A DNA stretch of 64,000 nt from the human T2T-CHM13v2.0 reference genome, Homo sapiens. Where the stretch lies: the NCBI RefSeq assembly GCF_009914755.1, contig NC_060930.1; one strand, written 5' to 3'. The notes beneath the pieces are model-generated. The model saw nothing but the letters and a program-made list of their open reading frames with translations. It made no database searches and was not told the DNA's origin. Both the position numbers and the translations under genes were made by a program. This document shows positions 42,848 through 55,010 of the stretch, one piece after another (the first letter of the stretch is position 1; the number at the start of each line of letters is the position of its first letter).

Positions 42848-43744
42848 GAACATTATAAGTTTGATGAAATGCAGTATACCCTGTTTGAACAAAGTAAGAC
42901 TGCAACATGCAAAGCAATTCTGTTGTCCTTCAGGCTGGCCACAGCAATTGATATATGTTTTTTTCTTGATATATTAGCTTTCAGAAGCTTTTTTAACACA
43001 GAAATATTGTCTTATGCATGATGAAAAAGAGAAAAATAGGTGAAAACATGTTAAAGTAAAATGGAAACCCAAGTTTAGCAGACTTAAGAAATTTATTGAC
43101 AGTGCCAAAGAATCAATAAAATGAAAGACTCATTTGAAGAGAGGAAGAAGATTTTGAGAGAAAAAAATATTCTTCTTGCTTGATTTAAAATACTTTCTTA
43201 AGAAAGCCATCACAAAGTATGTAGATTGTATTAGATTTTTCTTCTTGCTATGCTATTTTTAAATTATGGAATATGATTCTTCAGTGGAAAAATAAAAGGA
43301 ATTTAGATACAAATGGATAGGCATTGTGAATATGTTCTAAGTAGTGAAAGCCTAGTAATTATACATTCAGAAATGTAATAGGAAAATTATGTTTGTTATA
43401 ATTATATTATTATACATACAAAAAAATAACATAATACACAATACTATTTTCCTTAAATTTCCATGTCCTCCACTTTATGTCAGTTTCAGAAAATGATATA
43501 GTATCAGGGCTGAGAAGACGTCATAAATGAAATTTCCCACTGGACCACTGGAAAATGGAACTTCATCTTTTCAATCTTTGTATTTCTATAGAACTTGATG
43601 TTAACTTAAATTTAACTATAATACCTAAAATGTGCTGGTTGCTTCTATTTTGTAGAATAGTGTTTAAAAAAAGAATAAAATAGTAAGATTTGATAAACTT
43701 GTATTCATTTTCCTGTACTTTTTTTATCTAATGAAAGTCTTTGT

Positions 43745-43878
43745 GATACTATGATCAGATAGTATCTCAGTCTCTAACTATTGTACAGTTAGAGATACTG
43801 AGATCATAGTTAGAGATACTATATGATATTAATCTGAATATCATATAGTATCTATCTCAGTCTGTAACTACTGTACAG
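43745..43878. repeat. Nested direct and inverted micro-repeat cluster
   Basis: 26-bp direct repeat 43763-43788/43853-43878; perfect 17-bp stem 43814-43830/43837-43853. Confidence 0.92.
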
Positions 43879-44609
43879 ATAAGAGATGATAGTGATAAAA
43901 CATTAGAGCAATATTTTACATTAAAAATAATTTATCTATATTGAAATTGTGCTGTTGGAGCCTGCAATAACTTAGGCACCTTTCTGAGCTGTTTCATTGA
44001 TTTCAGAGAAGAATAACTCTGCATTTCCCAAACCAGGACATCTTCAGATCTAAGTATATTCTTCTTCATGTTAGTGCCCCAAACAGTAATCAACCAAGTT
44101 TCATTCTATTCTCTACACCCTATCAGCAAATTATTTCCTTATCCTTGAGTTTCACATCCACTATACACAATAAACTATACTTAACATATCACCCTGTGGT
44201 AGTCAGCATATTCTCTCTGTTGCTATTGTAAATGTAATATGGCTCCTCTAGCTACAGACAAAAATATGGGTACAATAGAGTTTGCTTTTATTTCCTGAGA
44301 TAACATTTCTAGTTTCCTTTGAGCCGCAACTAGTGAAAAGCCATTATTTTAAAGATTTCTAATGTTTCAGTGTCTTTATTCATAAAACTAATTTAGCGTT
44401 TTCATTATCTCTTCACATTTTTCAGTTAATAATCAATGATATAATTTGCTTATAACTGAATTATCTATATATGTATATATTTGCAAGGAAATATATATAT
44501 ATTTCTAAGGATATATATTTGTAAGGAAATATATTTGTGTATGTGTAAGGAAATATGTACATATTTACAAATATATTTATTTGTAAAGAAATATATATAT
44601 ATATATTTG

Positions 44610-45751
44610 TGTATTAGTCTGTTTTCACACTGCTATAAATATACCACTGAGCCTGGGTAATTTATAGAAAAAGAGGTTTAATTGACTCACAGTTCCTCAT
44701 GACTGGGGAGGCCTTAGGAAACTTAGAGTCATGGCAGAAGGGGAAGTAGGTACCTTCTTCATAAGGCAGCAGGAAACAGAGAGCACGTGAAGGAAGCAGA
44801 GGGAAAAGAGGCTTTTATAAAACCATCAGGTCTCATGAGAACTTACTATCACTAGAACAGCATGGATGAAACCATCTCCAGGATCAATCACCTCTCCCAG
44901 GTCTCGCTCTCTGTAATCCCCTAGGGATTACAATTCAAGATGAGATTTGGGTGGGAACACAAAGCTTAACTGTCATTCCATCCCTGACCCCTCCCAAATC
45001 TCATGTCCCTTTCACATTTCAAAACCAATCATGCCTTCCCAATAGTCCCCCAAAGTCTTAACTTGTGATGGTTAATACTGAGTGAGTGTCAACTTGATTG
45101 GATTGAAGGATGCAAAGTATTGTTCCTGGGTGTGTCTGTGACAGTGTTGCCAAAGGAGATTAACATTGGAGTCAGTGAACTGGGAGAGGCCGACCCACCC
45201 TCAATCTGGGTAGGCACCATTTAATCAGCTACCAACATGGCTAAGATAAAAAGCAGGCAGAGGAAGGTGGAAGGACTAGACTGGCTGAGTCTTCCAGACT
45301 TCATCTTTCTCCCATGGTGGATGCTTCCTGCCCTTGAACATCAGACTCCAAGTTATTCAGCTTTTGGACTCTTGGACCTACCCTAGTGGTTTGCTAGGGC
45401 TCTCAGGTTTTTGGCCACAGACTGCAGGCTGCATTATCAGCTTCTCTACTTTTGAGGTTTTGGGATTCAGACTGGCTTCCTTGCTCATCAGCTTGCAGAT
45501 AGCCTATTGTAGGATTTCACCTTGTGATTGTGTGAGTCAATACTCCTTAATAAACTCCCTTTCATATATACATTCATCCTATTAGTCCTGTCCTCCTAGA
45601 AAAGCCTGACTAATACATAACTAATTCCAGCATTAACCCAAAAGTCCAAGTTCAAAGTTTCATCTGAGACAAACTAAGTACTTTCTGTCTAGGAACCTGT
45701 AAAACAAAAGCAAGTTAGTTACTTCCAAGATACAATGGGGGTACAGGCATT
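44610..45751 (-). mobile_element. THE1 (C/D-like) 3' LTR (44610-44975) plus truncated internal region
   Basis: tgtattagtc...tgtca LTR; the internal part is homologous to 2302-2520 of the first THE1. Confidence 0.9.
45064..45617 (+). mobile_element. MLT2A (MLT2A2/A1; HERV-L) solo LTR nested in THE1-int
   Basis: tgtgatggttaatactgagtg...gactaataca; perfect TSD taact (45059-45063 / 45618-45622). Confidence 0.95.
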
Positions 45752-45862
45752 CTCTCAGGTTTATTGAACTGAATCAACTCCATAGGGTACAATAAGAAAA
45801 TAGTTTTACTTTTCTCGACAACTGCCTTTACCACTAGTTTGGGAAATTTCCCTTTCCTACTC

Positions 45863-46159
45863 TTTTTTTTTTTTTTGAGACAGAGTCTCCCAGGCTGGAG
45901 TGCAGTGGCGCAATCTCGGCTCACTGCATGCATCCTCTGTCTCCTGGCTTCAAGCAATTCTCCTGCCTCAGCCTCCCCAGTAGCTGGGATTACAGGTATG
46001 CACAAGCATGCCAAGCTAATTTTCTTGTATTTTAGTAGAGATTGTGTTTCACCATGTTGGCCAGGCTGGTCTCCAACTCCCGACTTCAAATGATCTGCTT
46101 GCCTTGGCCTCCCAAAAGGCTGGAATTACAAGTACAAGTGTGAGCCACCGCACCAGGCC
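45863..46159 (-). mobile_element. AluS with TSD
   Basis: TSD ccctttcctactc (45850-45862 / 46160-46172). Confidence 0.96.
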
Positions 46160-47039
46160 CCCTTTCCTACTCCTAATGACAACTCATGGAGAGCCATAAT
46201 TTTCTGTTTACTTTCACATTAAAAAAAAAAAAAACCTAAAAAAGTATCCAGTCCTGTGCAGTTACATTTCCTCATCCCATCTTTCTCTCTCCCACAACTT
46301 CTCTTTCTCCTCACATCATGCTTTACCCTTTCTCTGAGGGCCTGCACATGCTTTGCTGTGGCTCGAGGAGGCTGCATGTGCCTTGTCCAGGTGCCAGGGC
46401 CCTGCACTGGGAAAGCACACATGCCTAATTCTACTCTTCACTGTGTTGTAATGGAGAGAGGAAACTGGGGAGACAGGAGTGGTTGTGTCATTCCAGCTAC
46501 CGTTTGTAGATGGAGACACTCTACTAATTCCACTCTAGCAGGGTCTGTTTTGTCTTGTTCCTAGTAGCTTCAGTTGGTGTGATGGTTTCCATGTAGACAG
46601 CATGGCTGGGTTTCCTGTGGGTAGTGTTTTCCTTTACTGCAGGCTCCAGCATCATAAAGGACTTCCTTAGGCAGAGTCACATTGCCATCCTCAGTCCCTG
46701 CGAGTAGACCTTGCTCTTAGCTCCAATTCTGGGTGAAGAAAACCTCTCTCTTTGGCAGCCACCTATGCAACCTTTTCTTAGGCCTATTCTGTGACCTTTG
46801 TGCTCCGTCAGATGGAACCACAGAAACCATCACTCTGCTTTCCAGCTTTCCAAAGGCCATTTAAAACTGGGGAAGCTATGGGATTCTCATTCTTCTAGAT
46901 CCTACTTGTCCTGGTAATGTTAGCTTCTTTAGCAAGCTTCCCACTGCCAGAATTTTGCAGCTAACTGGCAGATACTAATGGCCACATCTATGTACCAGAA
47001 CCAAATTGCAAGGAAGTAGTCATGTTTTCTTGAGAATGT

Positions 47040-47113
47040 CCTGACCACACTCTGATGTCAACACCAGGGTGAAGTCCCTGACCACACTCTGATGTCAACA
47101 CCAGGGTGAAGTC
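47040..47113. repeat. Perfect 37-bp tandem duplication
   Basis: cctgaccacactctgatgtcaacaccagggtgaagtc x2. Confidence 0.97.
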
Positions 47114-48400
47114 CCTTGATTCTTTAGCCGCACGCCCCAAGCAGAAAGTGAGGTACATGTCACCCTTCCTGCTACGCCCCTCTCTTCAAACCTCTTGACA
47201 ATACACATAGGTGGGTTGTGTGAGTAAAATATTCCATTCCCCATGGAAAGAGGAAAGGGCCACCACATATTTATTGACACTAAGAATAATTGGAATGATT
47301 TTTTCTTTCCTAAATTGTCTGCCTATAGAGATAGAAGGAATTTCTGGGTTGAGGGTAACAGCTGGGTTAGCAAAGCCATTTTTGTCAGTATCTTCAAAAG
47401 ATCCAAGAGTTATCTTTTCCCTTCCTTCAAAATGACAAAATTATCAAGCTTTTCTTGTTTTGAGTCTACTCAGCATCACATTACACGGCATCACTTGAAT
47501 ACCTAAAATCTTTGTGAGCAAGTTGACGGTACGTCTGTAAGACTGACTAGGTGACCATATCCGATCATCAAATATATCTTCTGGTCTGCCTGACAGGGTA
47601 TTTCTATAGAGAGACGGATGCAACATGCTACCACAGCTCCATGACAGGTGCTCTGCAGCCATTCAGTTCACTCCCTTTGCTCTGTCAGCAAGCTCAATAA
47701 ACTCTTTTTTCTCCAAATATGACCTTCCCTGTAGATTTTTCTGGCCACCAATAATAAAAAATTCCACTCAATTATACTTCTCAGAGTAATTTTTGTGATG
47801 CTTTTCATTTTTTCTAATCATTATTCAGACTGCCTATACAACCTCCGTGTTAATTTATTTTCCCCTTATTTACCAAGAATGGTCTCTCCTTTAGGGTTGT
47901 TGTTATTCAGTTAAACAAAGCAAAATTGGCTTCTCAAAGAAAGTATACAGAAAACTGTTAATAAATAGTCATTACTACCATTTACACAGACAGAAAGATT
48001 TTTCAAAGAAGCCTTGTTTATATTAATAGAGCTCTCTATACATGACGAACAAGTTAGGCATGTTTCTTATATAGTTGCTTTATATAGACAATATTTTATG
48101 AACACTCCCTACATTTACCTTCCAATATGTATTTTTTAAAAAACTAAAATACTCAAGGCAATATATAAACATTAGGAAAAGTTGAAGCCTATTTCTCTGC
48201 TCTCATTTGCAGGTCCTTGGTATATCAAACTCTAAAATAAATTTCCACTGGTACTTTGGCTTTTAATAATATAAAATTAATTATTATAATGCTGTCTTAC
48301 CAAGAAAATGAAGTTTCAATTATATCTTTTATAGATACATACTTTGCAAATGTGCTTAGACACAGAAGAAAGTGGTGCTCTATCCAGTTTAAATAGAGTA

Positions 48401-49593
48401 CAGTCATGCGCTGCATAACATTTTGGTCAATGACAGACTGCACATATGATCATGGTCCCACAGGATTATAATTAAGCTGAAATATTCCTATTTCCTAGTG
48501 ACATTGTACAGCGTTATGCATATTTACATGTTTGTGGTGATGCAGGTATAGACAAACATACTGCACTGCCAGTCACACTAAAGTATAGCACATAATTATA
48601 TACAGCACATTATACATGATAATGATAGTAAGTGACTATGTGTTCCTAGTCATGTATTTGTGACATATCTTTTATTGCTATTTTAGAGTGTGCTCCTCTT
48701 ACTTATAAAAAAAATAGTGAACTGTAAAACAGCCTCAGGCATGTCCTTCAGGAGGATTCCAGAATAAGGCATTGTTATCATAGGAGATGACAGTTCCATG
48801 CATGTTATTGCCCCTGAAGACTTTCCAGTGGGACAAGATGTGGAGATGAAGACAGTGATACTGATGGTCCTGACCCTGTGTAGGCCTTGGGTAAGTGTGT
48901 GTGTCTTAGTTTTGAACAAAACATTTTTAAAAAGTAAAAACATTAGAAATTAAAATTAAAAATTTTTAAAAAGTAAAAAATTTAAAAGCTTCTAGAATAA
49001 GGACATAAAGAAAATATTTTTGTACTGCTGCACAAGCATTTGTATTTTAAGCTATGTATTACAAAAGTATCAGAAAGTTAAATTTAAAAGTTTATAAAGT
49101 AAAAAGTTATAGTAAGCTAAGGTTAATTTCTTATTAATGAAAGAAAAATATGTTTTATAATTTTAGTGTAGCCTACATGTGCAATGATTTTAAAGTCTAC
49201 AATAGTGTATGGTAATGTCCTAGGCCTTTGCACTCACTGACTCACCCAGAACTTGCAGTCATGCAAGCTTCATTCATGGTGTGTGCTCTGTGCAGGTGTA
49301 CCATTTAAAAAATCTTTTATATCATATTTTCACTGAATCTTTTATATGTTTAGATATGTTTACATACACAAATACTTGTGTTTGTGTTAAAATTGTCTGT
49401 GGTGTTCAGTGCAGTAACATGCTGTACAGGTTTATAGTCTATGAGTAACAGGTTATACCATGTAGTCTAGGTATGTAGTAGTCTATACCACCTAGGTTTG
49501 TGTAAATACACTCTGTGATGTTCATATAACAATGAAATACCCTAATGATGCATTTCTCAGAAGATATCCCCATCATTAAGCAATGCATATCTG
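48401..49593 (+). mobile_element. Tigger3b (TcMar-Tigger) non-autonomous DNA transposon, full length
   Basis: TIRs cagtcatgcgctgcataac / cattaagcaatgcatatctg, TA on both flanks, ~1.2 kb. Confidence 0.92.
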
Positions 49594-49714
49594 TATAAGT
49601 ATCTAGCCAATCACTTTATCGACACAGAAAGACACAGTGATTTCATTACTACAATTTTAGTGATCACCTTCTGTTTAAAATCTCAAAAGCTTTAGCAGGA
49701 AAGAACAGGTCAAC

Positions 49715-49718
<4 letters not shown>

Positions 49719-49758
<40 letters not shown>
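49719..49758. repeat. (AC)20 microsatellite
   Basis: Direct observation. Confidence 0.97.
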
Positions 49759-49759
<1 letters not shown>

Positions 49760-51614
49760 AACAATAATTGCAGTAGCACCAACCAGATAGCTAGTTAGAG
49801 GCAATAAGGACAAACTGCTTATACTCTACTTCATTAGACCTTAATAAAGGTGATAAGAGACATGAATGCCATTGCGGTAATTTCTCCCTCCCTTTATGTA
49901 ACACTATCCCTGCTACTTGTTTCTACCTTCCTCAGCAGATTCTAATGTAGTTATAGAGTTACAATACTAGACAATATTGACTGACTGCATTTAACCGACA
50001 ATCTCTATTACTCAGGGGTTAGAAGTTAAAAAACAATCATCTGTATCAGTGATTTCGGCAGAAGATAGCTGCTGAATCATATAAGGCTTTTTAAAGGAGG
50101 AGAATAAATTCTTAGCTATATTACAATCCAAACACTATCATGCAATCATACGACAATCCTTTCTTTCTAAAAGAAACACTGGATCACAGAGGATTTATGT
50201 TTGCAAAAGTATGATATATATTTTAAAACATCATTTAATATGTTTTCATTTAGATTAAAGTTTTAAAGGGAATTATCTGCCATCAGTGTTGTTTCTCAAT
50301 CAATAAAAATAAAATAATTCTTACAATTATTTGTTGGCAGTGATTTTTTTATGAAATAGGTCTCTATGTTTAAAAAAGTCATTTTTCAAATTTCTAAGCT
50401 TGTAAATAGGTGAATTTAAAAAATGTATACATAAAGCTATTTTGGGGGAATTAAAAGGTATTTAAAATTCAAGATGATAGATACCTGTTTTAAAAACCTC
50501 CCTTGAAAATTTTTGTGCTGTGACAAATCTGTTTTTATTATGCAAATGATGTTTCATTTATCTGCTTATACCTTTTGGTGATGTTTATAATTTAGCATTA
50601 GCAAATAGTTTTTTAAAACACATCAGCTCATGCCTTTCTTCACCCTTTCTTTAACTTCTTTCCATCAAAAAAGAAAAGAAAATGCAGACTACACCATAAT
50701 GTGATAATACAACCTGGTTTTCCCCACCTTCATGAATCATTGCTTTACTACATGTGTGAGTGCTGTTTGAAACGCTGGGAACACTATTTTTGCAGTCATA
50801 TGGACCTCTGATAATCACCTGCAGGTCTTATGGCTTCAGCACAGTCTTATGTTGTGGTAATGAAACATTTCAATCAGACAAAGAAGAATTTGAAGAAAAT
50901 AAAAAAGATTTTCCTGGCAACATTGACATTTACCTAGGTGCGAAAATGGTATACAAGTCACCCTGGCACCTTGAAAATTCAGATACCACATTCTGCAGTT
51001 TTGCCTTGCTGAATGCTTCTTTCTCAAGTCCATGCATATTAAAAACAGAAAAGAGAGAGAGAGAAAGAAAAAGTAGAAAGAAAGTAATTCATTCAAGTGG
51101 TAAATTACTCTTCCTGGAAAAAAGACTTGAATTTGACCAGTATACAAATGAGATGTGGAATCACAGACATAGAATTTTTTTTTTTAATGAATTTCTTCAT
51201 GTTCACTTGACAGAGACTGATCCCTGCAGTTGTAGGGTATATTCATTTTCCACTTCTTATGCCTCAGGAATTCCCTCTATTCACTTAGAATTAGCTTAGT
51301 AGAAATTTCCAAGGGAAGTTTTGGATTTTCCATTAAAAAGTTTCCATGTTGACTTTAGAAAACTAAAAAGGCTTAACACAATCATTTTAATGTTTTTCTG
51401 CTGAGAGTGTTGAAGTCTCTCTATAGGGTTTTTATGGGAATGAAAGCCACCAAGTATAAATAATAGATGCAGCCTGAGCCAGCCGTGAATACTAAATCTA
51501 TCATGACATTAAAATTCAAAGTTAAAGGGTTAAATATTAGTATTCAAACCTTTAAAACATCATTTTAAAGTTTAAATTTATAAGTTTAAAATTTTTTGAA
51601 AAAACTCAAGAATA

Positions 51615-52218
51615 TGTCAGAGGCGTTTGAACCAGAGCAACTCCATCTTGAATAGGGACTGGGTAAAATAAGGCTGAGACCTACAACAAGTCACAGGATG
51701 AAATGGGAGGTCAGCATAAAATACAGGTCACAAAGACCTTGCTGATAAAACAGGTTGTGTTAAAGAAGCCAGCCAAATCTCACCAAAACCAAGATGGTAA
51801 CAAAAGTGACCTCCGTTCATCTTTACTGCTCATTATCTGCTAATTATAATGAATTAGCATGCTAAAAGACACTTCCACCAGCACCATGACAGTTTACAAA
51901 TGTTATGGCAATGTCAGGAAGTTACCCTATATGGTCTAAAAGTAGGATGAAACCTCAGTTCTGGGAACTGCCCACCTCTTTCCTAGAAAACTCATGAATA
52001 ATCCACCCCTTGTTTAACATATAATCTAGAAATTGTTATAAAAATAGCCAACCAGCAGCCCTTATGGCTGCTCTGCCTATGGAGTAGCCATTCTTTAATA
52101 CCTTACTTTCTTAATAAACTTGCTTTCACTTTACTTTATGGACTCACCCCAAATTCTTTCTTGCATGAGATCCAAGAACCCTCTCATGGAGAACGGATTG
52201 GGACCCCTTTCTGGTAGA
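51615..52218 (+). mobile_element. MER41B solo LTR (ERV1)
   Basis: tgtcagaggcgtttgaaccagagcaactccatcttgaatagg...ggacccctttctggtaga; TSD aata/aata; tandem GAS segment present. Confidence 0.93.
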
Positions 52219-52566
52219 AATATAAGAAAATAAATTTTAAATTATAAAATAACATCTCTTTCTAGTGAAGACCACTGTATCCTTTTGCTGTTTTGATGAA
52301 TATTATATGCATACACACAAATATATGTATGATTGATACTGTTTTCCTATTAAAACTAGATCCATATCAAGTGCATTAAAAATATGTTTTAGATTTAATG
52401 AATTTTTTCTATATTAAATGTATGAAATCATTTTAATATGCACATAATATTCTTAAATGTATTTTTCTCCTATTTAACTTTGTTGCCTAATCTAATTATA
52501 CTTTTATATAAATCTCTGGCCCTATGTCTTTGGAAAACATTTCAAATAAAGCATAACATCTGGTAG

Positions 52567-53132
52567 TGTCAAAGAAAAATTGCACCAGACGAGTTAAAGA
52601 GGTAAGGAAGACTTTATTCAAGATGATTGCAGTAGGGCTGAAGAGAAATAAAGGGAGAGAGACTGAACCCAAATCTATTGAAACACAAAGCCAGAGAGTT
52701 ATTAAGGCTAGGATGAGCTACTGAAAAATTATTGGTAACAAATCTGCATTTGTTCCTTCTAAATAAATTTTTTAAAAATTGGAAGATTTTAGGGAAAAAA
52801 TTTGTCATTGTGATTAGGTTATCTGTGTTCTATAATTGGTACTAATGGAAAGCAGGCTCCTCCCCTCCCACAGAAAGGAGAGAATAGGAGCACTGTCTTT
52901 CTTGATGATCACATTTCAAAAGGACAGTTCCAAGGTCCACATGAAAAAGAATCCTGGGATGTAAAACCATCAAGAAGCTAAAAGAAGATTTATATCTCAA
53001 AGTCACAGAGAAAGAATTTGGTTTCAAGTTTTCTAAAGTAAATGCTCTAAGGAAAGGAAGATCAAAGACCAGAGAAGAAACCTGTGTACAGTGTAGTCAA
53101 GCCAAGGGGAACTTTTAAGGCCATCTTGCTCA
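52567..53132 (-). mobile_element. ERV1 solo LTR (MER67-like, tentative)
   Basis: TG...CA ends, flanks gtag/gtaa, 'caagttttctaaagtaaatgctctaag', tttatt (minus-strand poly(A) signal) near 52612. Confidence 0.75.
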
Positions 53133-53268
53133 GTAACAATCTAATCTATATTGTGAAATTGAACATTACATTTAAGTATTTTCCGTATAATTTATGTGCT
53201 AAATCATGAGCATCAGAGTGATTGAAGTGAATATAGAAATGTATAATGCCAGGAAAAATTATGCAGTC

Positions 53269-54093
53269 TGTTGATGAAAAGTGTCAAGCTCTGTAAAATA
53301 TTTGAAGAGAATTCTTCTGAGCCAAATATGATTGACCAATGGACTGTGACGCAGCCTCAAGAGGTCCTGAAAACATGTGCCCAAGGTGGTCAGGCTACAA
53401 CATGGTTTTATACATTTTAGGGAGACATAAGGCATCAATCAATGCATGTAAGATGTACATTGGTTGGGTCTGGAAAGGTGGGACAACTTGAAGTGTGGAG
53501 AGGGACTTCCAGGTCATAGGTGGATTCAAAGGTTTTCTGACTGTCTATTGGTTGAAAGAGTTTTATCTAAAGACCTGAAATCAATAGAAGGGAGTGTCTG
53601 GCTTAAGATAAGAGGGTGTAGAGACCAAGGTTCTTATTATGTAGATGAAGCCTCCAGGTAGCAGGCATCAGAGAGAATAGATTGCAAATGTTTCTTGTCT
53701 GACTTAAAAAGGTACAGAGATTTTCTACAGAATGTAGATTTTTCCCCAAAAGAGACAGCTTTGCAGGGCCATTTAAAACTATGTCAAAGAAATATATTTT
53801 GGGGTAAAACACTTGGATTTCTATCAGGGCCTGCTGTCTATCATGTTGGTGTCGCATTATTACAAAGATTCCCTTTGTCAGTCTGAAGGTATCTTTTTTA
53901 ATGTTAATACTGGTCAGCTGTGCCTGAATTCTAAAGGGAGGAAGGTAGAATGAGGCATGTCCGGCCCCACATTCCCATCATGGCCTGAACTACTATTTCA
54001 GGTTTACTTTATGATGCTCCTGGCCAAGAGGAGTCCATTCAGGTGGTTGGTGGGCTTAGAATTTATTTTTATTTTTATTTTTTTTGGTTTACA
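53269..54093 (-). mobile_element. MER4-family solo LTR (ERV1)
   Basis: 'ggtcctgaaaacatgtgcccaaggtggtc', end 'gggcttagaattt...tttttggtttaca'; perfect TSD agtc. Confidence 0.92.
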
Positions 54094-54835
54094 AGTCAAA
54101 ACTAACATAGCTCAAATGAAATAAATGATCAGAAAGTGCTTAACCTTCTACATGAAGGAAATATGTACTACATGACATATAAATCAAGTTACAGATGAGC
54201 TTCCAAGCACAATTTCAGAAGCACAACATAAGAATGCTACAAAAATGGTTGCTGGATTAACAAGTTTCTTCAAACATTATTTAAAAGGAAGGAATTCATA
54301 AACACATTCGTTTTTATGGAAGAGACATCTCCCACTAAGCAATCAAATCTTAATAGGAAAAAAATGGTTTGTGTGAATGAAGCCATTAAAAAAATCCATA
54401 CAAGGATTTCTATAATTAATTCTAGAAGATAGCATTTCAAATAAAGAAAATTTCAATGACATTTTACACATGGTAAATTAGTTAAAAAAAAAAAAAAGCC
54501 AGTTGCCTTCCAATCACCTTCTCTTTTTGTGAGAAACTCAGCAGTATAACACCTATCTCCTGTATTTTCACTCCTTATTAGTCCTGAGTTGGTTTAATCA
54601 AGATAAATAAAGTAAAAAATAAAATGAATCCTGAATGGCATTTTCTTTTTGTCTACTCCTTTCTACCCAAATGCTTTTCATTTATTAATTGAGTGTCATT
54701 GCCTCTTGTTTCCCTAGGCTTGCTACACAGATCATAAAATGTGGAAAATTTGGGTGTTTTCAGTTTAGGTGACTTTCATTTAACCATTTTTTATACTCTT
54801 CCTCCACCCCAGGCTCTGCCAATATCTTGAATGCG

Positions 54836-55010
54836 CATATACATGTATACACACACACACATATGTATCTGTATATATGTATATTTCAGATACAAACATA
54901 TTTTCATAAGACACACATATGTAGAAATAGAGACAGTGAAGATATAGATACATAAACATATACACATAAACTATACACATATACATTTATATACACGTAT
55001 ATATAATGGC
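54836..55010. repeat. TA/CA-rich low-complexity tract
   Basis: Direct observation. Confidence 0.8.

Noticed and set aside
44465-44609. Recurrent 'aaggaaatatat' units
   Set aside because: Degenerate TA-rich low-complexity tract.
47040-47113. CRISPR-like 37-bp repeats
   Set aside because: Only two abutting copies, no spacers, no cas genes, primate context.
50760-51299. 179-aa ORF in non-repeat sequence
   Set aside because: Starts at GTG rather than ATG, runs through purine low-complexity and poly(T), and has no recognisable domain; likely a chance ORF.
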